Shown here: positions 61,513-64,000 of the stretch, one piece after another
Layout: every line of letters begins with the position of its first letter
Numbering within the stretch: the first letter of the stretch is position 1
Source: Candidatus Thorarchaeota archaeon
GTDB lineage: Archaea; Asgardarchaeota; Thorarchaeia; Thorarchaeales; Thorarchaeaceae
Length of the DNA: 64,000 nt
Direction: 5' to 3'
Assembly (NCBI GenBank): GCA_029855935.1
Contig: JAGSHN010000025.1
Location: forward strand, 128,001-192,000
Made by a program: the position numbers and the translations under genes
Notes under the pieces: model-generated
What the model saw: only the letters and a program-made list of their open reading frames with translations
The model's database searches: none
What the model was told of the DNA's origin: nothing

Positions 61513-62790
61513 CTATTCAGTGGCACCAGCCGAGTCGTGGCTCTCCAGAAGTGCGTCGGCGACCTTCTTCACCCTCGGCCTGTAGCCACGAGTCGTGTAC
61601 ACCCGGATTGTCCGCATAGGGCTCTCCAGACCTCTCGCAATTGGGCTCACATCACGGATCTCCCAGAACTCGTATCCCCTGGAGCCTCGTTCATACATGG
61701 CAATCTGACTGAGAGGATAGCGGCCAGGATAGAACATCACAGAGGGACGGTCCGGGATGTCCACATAGACCCTCAGGGGATCGATTCCCACATCCTCTGC
61801 AATCTCTCGCTCCACGGCTCTCCGTCCCTCAGGAGTAGACAGCTGCTTGAGCATCTGAGGGTCGGAGATTGACCTCATGCTGGCGACCTTTATCAGGTCA
61901 CGCCGTCGGAAGGCATTGAATATGTCACTGGCGGTCAGAAAGTCCTCAGAGGCCTCACTCGGCGGGTCGAGCAGCACGTGATGAAATGTCAGATCATCAT
62001 AGGCGAAATATTCAGTCGGGTCCCGTTCAGGCGAGCCAACGAGCTCACGACCGGCCAGCTCGAGAATACGCAACAGCATAAGCTCCGCCGCCCGGACCGT
62101 CTTGTGGTAGTAGACCGCCTCGAACATGTTCGCGCCGGCCGACAGATATGAGTCGAGTGTATAGCGCGCGGCTCGGGAGATGACAAGCCGGTTTTTCGCG
62201 ACGCGAAGAGATGAGAATAACCTGTTGATCTCCAGAGGGGCATAGTCGACACCTGCAAAGTAGGCATCGCGCTCGAGGCTGTCCATCAACTCGGGGTTGA
62301 CGGGCACTGACTCAAGGTCGACGCGAATCGACCTCACAGGAATGCCCCTCTGGAGAGCGTCGATGACCTCCTCCCGCGACAGCGTGCTGTCATTGACTAT
62401 GTCTCCGGCCTCCGTGCCTCGGATGGCCTCCACAGCAAGGGACTTCCTGGTGGCGCCCAGACCGTTGAGGTATTCCTCCATAGGATTGGCCCACGCCCCT
62501 CGTGCGACACTGAGAAGTAGAGAGACAAGCCGCGCCAGCGCTATCACGTGGGCGTCGCGCGCAAGATGGTCGAAGAGGAGATGGCTGAGGTCAAGAAAGC
62601 CCAGCATATGCCCCATCAGCGATGTGTCCGCCCCGGGATACACCTTGTAGACGCCCGCTGGCCAGCGGATGTTTCGTAGACGCTGTGTGAGTCGCAGGTC
62701 TAGGATCTTCTCCTCAGTCTCTGTGAGTTCGATGTAGCCTCGTACAGGGTCCTTTATCTGTAAGGTCGTCTTGAGGTTAATCAGAGGCAT
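61513..62790 (-). CDS. HD-superfamily dNTP triphosphohydrolase (SAMHD1/YdhJ-like) homolog with degenerate active site
   Basis: IKDPVRGYI, QRLRNI, VYPGA, RDAYFAGV, VYYHKTVRAAE; the HD motif position reads LLLSVARG. Confidence 0.8.
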   Translation of the reverse strand: MPLINLKTTLQIKDPVRGYIELTETEEKILDLRLTQRLRNIRWPAGVYKVYPGADTSLMGHMLGFLDLSHLLFDHLARDAHVIALARLVSLLLSVARGAWANPMEEYLNGLGATRKSLAVEAIRGTEAGDIVNDSTLSREEVIDALQRGIPVRSIRVDLESVPVNPELMDSLERDAYFAGVDYAPLEINRLFSSLRVAKNRLVISRAARYTLDSYLSAGANMFEAVYYHKTVRAAELMLLRILELAGRELVGSPERDPTEYFAYDDLTFHHVLLDPPSEASEDFLTASDIFNAFRRRDLIKVASMRSISDPQMLKQLSTPEGRRAVEREIAEDVGIDPLRVYVDIPDRPSVMFYPGRYPLSQIAMYERGSRGYEFWEIRDVSPIARGLESPMRTIRVYTTRGYRPRVKKVADALLESHDSAGATE

Positions 62791-62953
62791 ATTGGCCTGC
62801 AGGCCTCCATCTGAGGATAGGCTCTCAGGGAACTGCTCACTCAGAGGGTCATCTTGTATATTACTCTTGGCAATGACGACTCTATGCGTGGTGACATCGC
62901 CACGTCGCCCACACTAGGAGATTCGTTTCGCAGCATAGTAGCCGGGTGTGGCA

Positions 62954-62983
62954 GGCCCAGGAAACTTGTCCCGCGCCTGGGCC
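62954..62983 (-). terminator. GC-rich hairpin downstream of porB
   Basis: GGCCCAGG (62954-62961) / CCTGGGCC (62976-62983). Confidence 0.35.
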
Positions 62984-63002
62984 CGACCTTCACCAGAGCA
63001 GA

Positions 63003-63908
63003 CTACGTGAAAGTGCGCAGCAGAATATCCCATCTGTGCTGGACGTAGGCCTGCAGCTCGGCAATCTTCTTCTCATCCTTCTTTGGCTTGAAGAGCCGAG
63101 AGAAGCGGCCCTGTAGTTTGAGGAACTCCTCTATCGGCTTTCGCTTCGAGGGATCCTGATACCTCTTGCTCTGCGGACTGAGTCTGAACTCGTCACCAAT
63201 CCGCTCCCAGAGGATCCAGTAGCCTGTCTCGACTGCGAGCTTGCCGACCTCGACGCCCTTCTCGACGGGATAGTTCCACGCCTGCGGACACGGGATGAAG
63301 ATATGGATGAACTTGGGACCGTGTATCTCGCGGGCGCGACGGAACTTGTCGTACAGATCGCGCGGATAGGCTGCATTTGCTGTAGCTTGGTAGGCTGGCT
63401 CGTGTGCAGCGACAACGAGGTCCAGCATCTTCTCAGGTTCAGTCTTGCCGTACCACGTGGTGGTCGTCTGCGCATAGAGCGGAGTTGCACCCGACCGCTG
63501 CGTTCCGGTGTTGGAATACACCTGATTGTTGTAGCAGACGTAGAGGAAATCGGTTCGACGCTCGAAGGCCCCGCTCAGTGCCTGAATTCCAATGTCGAAT
63601 GTGCCTCCGTCACCGGCCCAGACCATGACCTGAGTGTCATCACGACCCTTGACCTTCAGTGCTGCACGCACGCCGGACGCCGTGGCGGCTGCTGCCATAA
63701 AGGCTGTGTTCAGAACTGGGACACCCAGCCCGGACTTTGGCCAGAGCGACTGAATGACGCTGGTGCAGCAGGCAGGCACGACTTGGATGACGTCGCCCTC
63801 AAGCGCCTTCAACGCGTGACGCAGAGACAGAGTGTCCATACATCCCGCACAGGCGGCGTTGCCCTTGAGCACATATTCCTTCATCGGCATCTCTCTTATC
63901 GCTACCAT
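63003..63908 (-). CDS. porB: Pyruvate/2-ketoisovalerate:ferredoxin oxidoreductase beta subunit
   Basis: ACAGC, GDGGTFDIG, YSNTGTQRSGATP, PCP. Confidence 0.9.
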   Translation of the reverse strand: MVAIREMPMKEYVLKGNAACAGCMDTLSLRHALKALEGDVIQVVPACCTSVIQSLWPKSGLGVPVLNTAFMAAAATASGVRAALKVKGRDDTQVMVWAGDGGTFDIGIQALSGAFERRTDFLYVCYNNQVYSNTGTQRSGATPLYAQTTTTWYGKTEPEKMLDLVVAAHEPAYQATANAAYPRDLYDKFRRAREIHGPKFIHIFIPCPQAWNYPVEKGVEVGKLAVETGYWILWERIGDEFRLSPQSKRYQDPSKRKPIEEFLKLQGRFSRLFKPKKDEKKIAELQAYVQHRWDILLRTFT

Positions 63909-63914
63909 CTTGCA

Positions 63915-64000
63915 TCACTCCAGTAGGTCGTGCCACGTCTCCTCCGGACCCAACTCTCCGGTCTCGACGGCCCTGACAGTGGCGAGGATGATCTCCTTGA
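63915..64000 (-). CDS. C-terminal fragment of the upstream gene, probably the POR/VOR alpha subunit (partial)
   Basis: Open frame ...KEIILATVRAVETGELGPEETWHDLLE-stop ending 6 nt before the porB start; identity inferred from context only. Confidence 0.55.
   Translation of the reverse strand, partial: KEIILATVRAVETGELGPEETWHDLLE

Overview
Gene-dense, GC-rich archaeal chromosomal segment, most consistent with an Asgard archaeon (Thorarchaeia-like). This placement is inferred from S17e, a group II chaperonin, ZPR1, the HMGCS-thiolase-DUF35 cluster and a longin-domain protein; it was not tested phylogenetically. About 50 CDS and one tRNA-Ala(TGC) are recognisable. Housekeeping and metabolic genes include pterin synthesis, DNA ligase, KorAB-FumC-SdhAB, TrxB, the upper mevalonate pathway, a PPAT-DPCK fusion, Nnr, NfnAB/SudAB, H+-PPase, a PadR-ABC exporter operon, UbiX and PorB. 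No transposase, integrase, rRNA or CRISPR array is seen. Highlights: (1) 38.3-48.1 kb, a divergent locus where a MoxR AAA + HExxH/vWA pair faces an operon of a catalytically dead CDC48-type AAA, an SMC5/6-like ATPase, a kleisin and a KITE (tandem winged-helix) subunit, followed by a TFIIB-ribbon/wHTH protein; this is the best candidate for an undescribed system. (2) A full-length diol-dehydratase-like glycyl radical enzyme broken only by three in-frame stops (TAG, TAG, TGA), with no frameshift. (3) A longin + tandem winged-helix protein with NPRL2/GATOR1-like architecture. (4) Several intact pseudoenzymes (HD/SAMHD1-like, HerA-like, AAA). (5) A tandem palindromic PadR operator and an unexplained intergenic inverted repeat. 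All family calls come from motif recognition by eye, without database searches.
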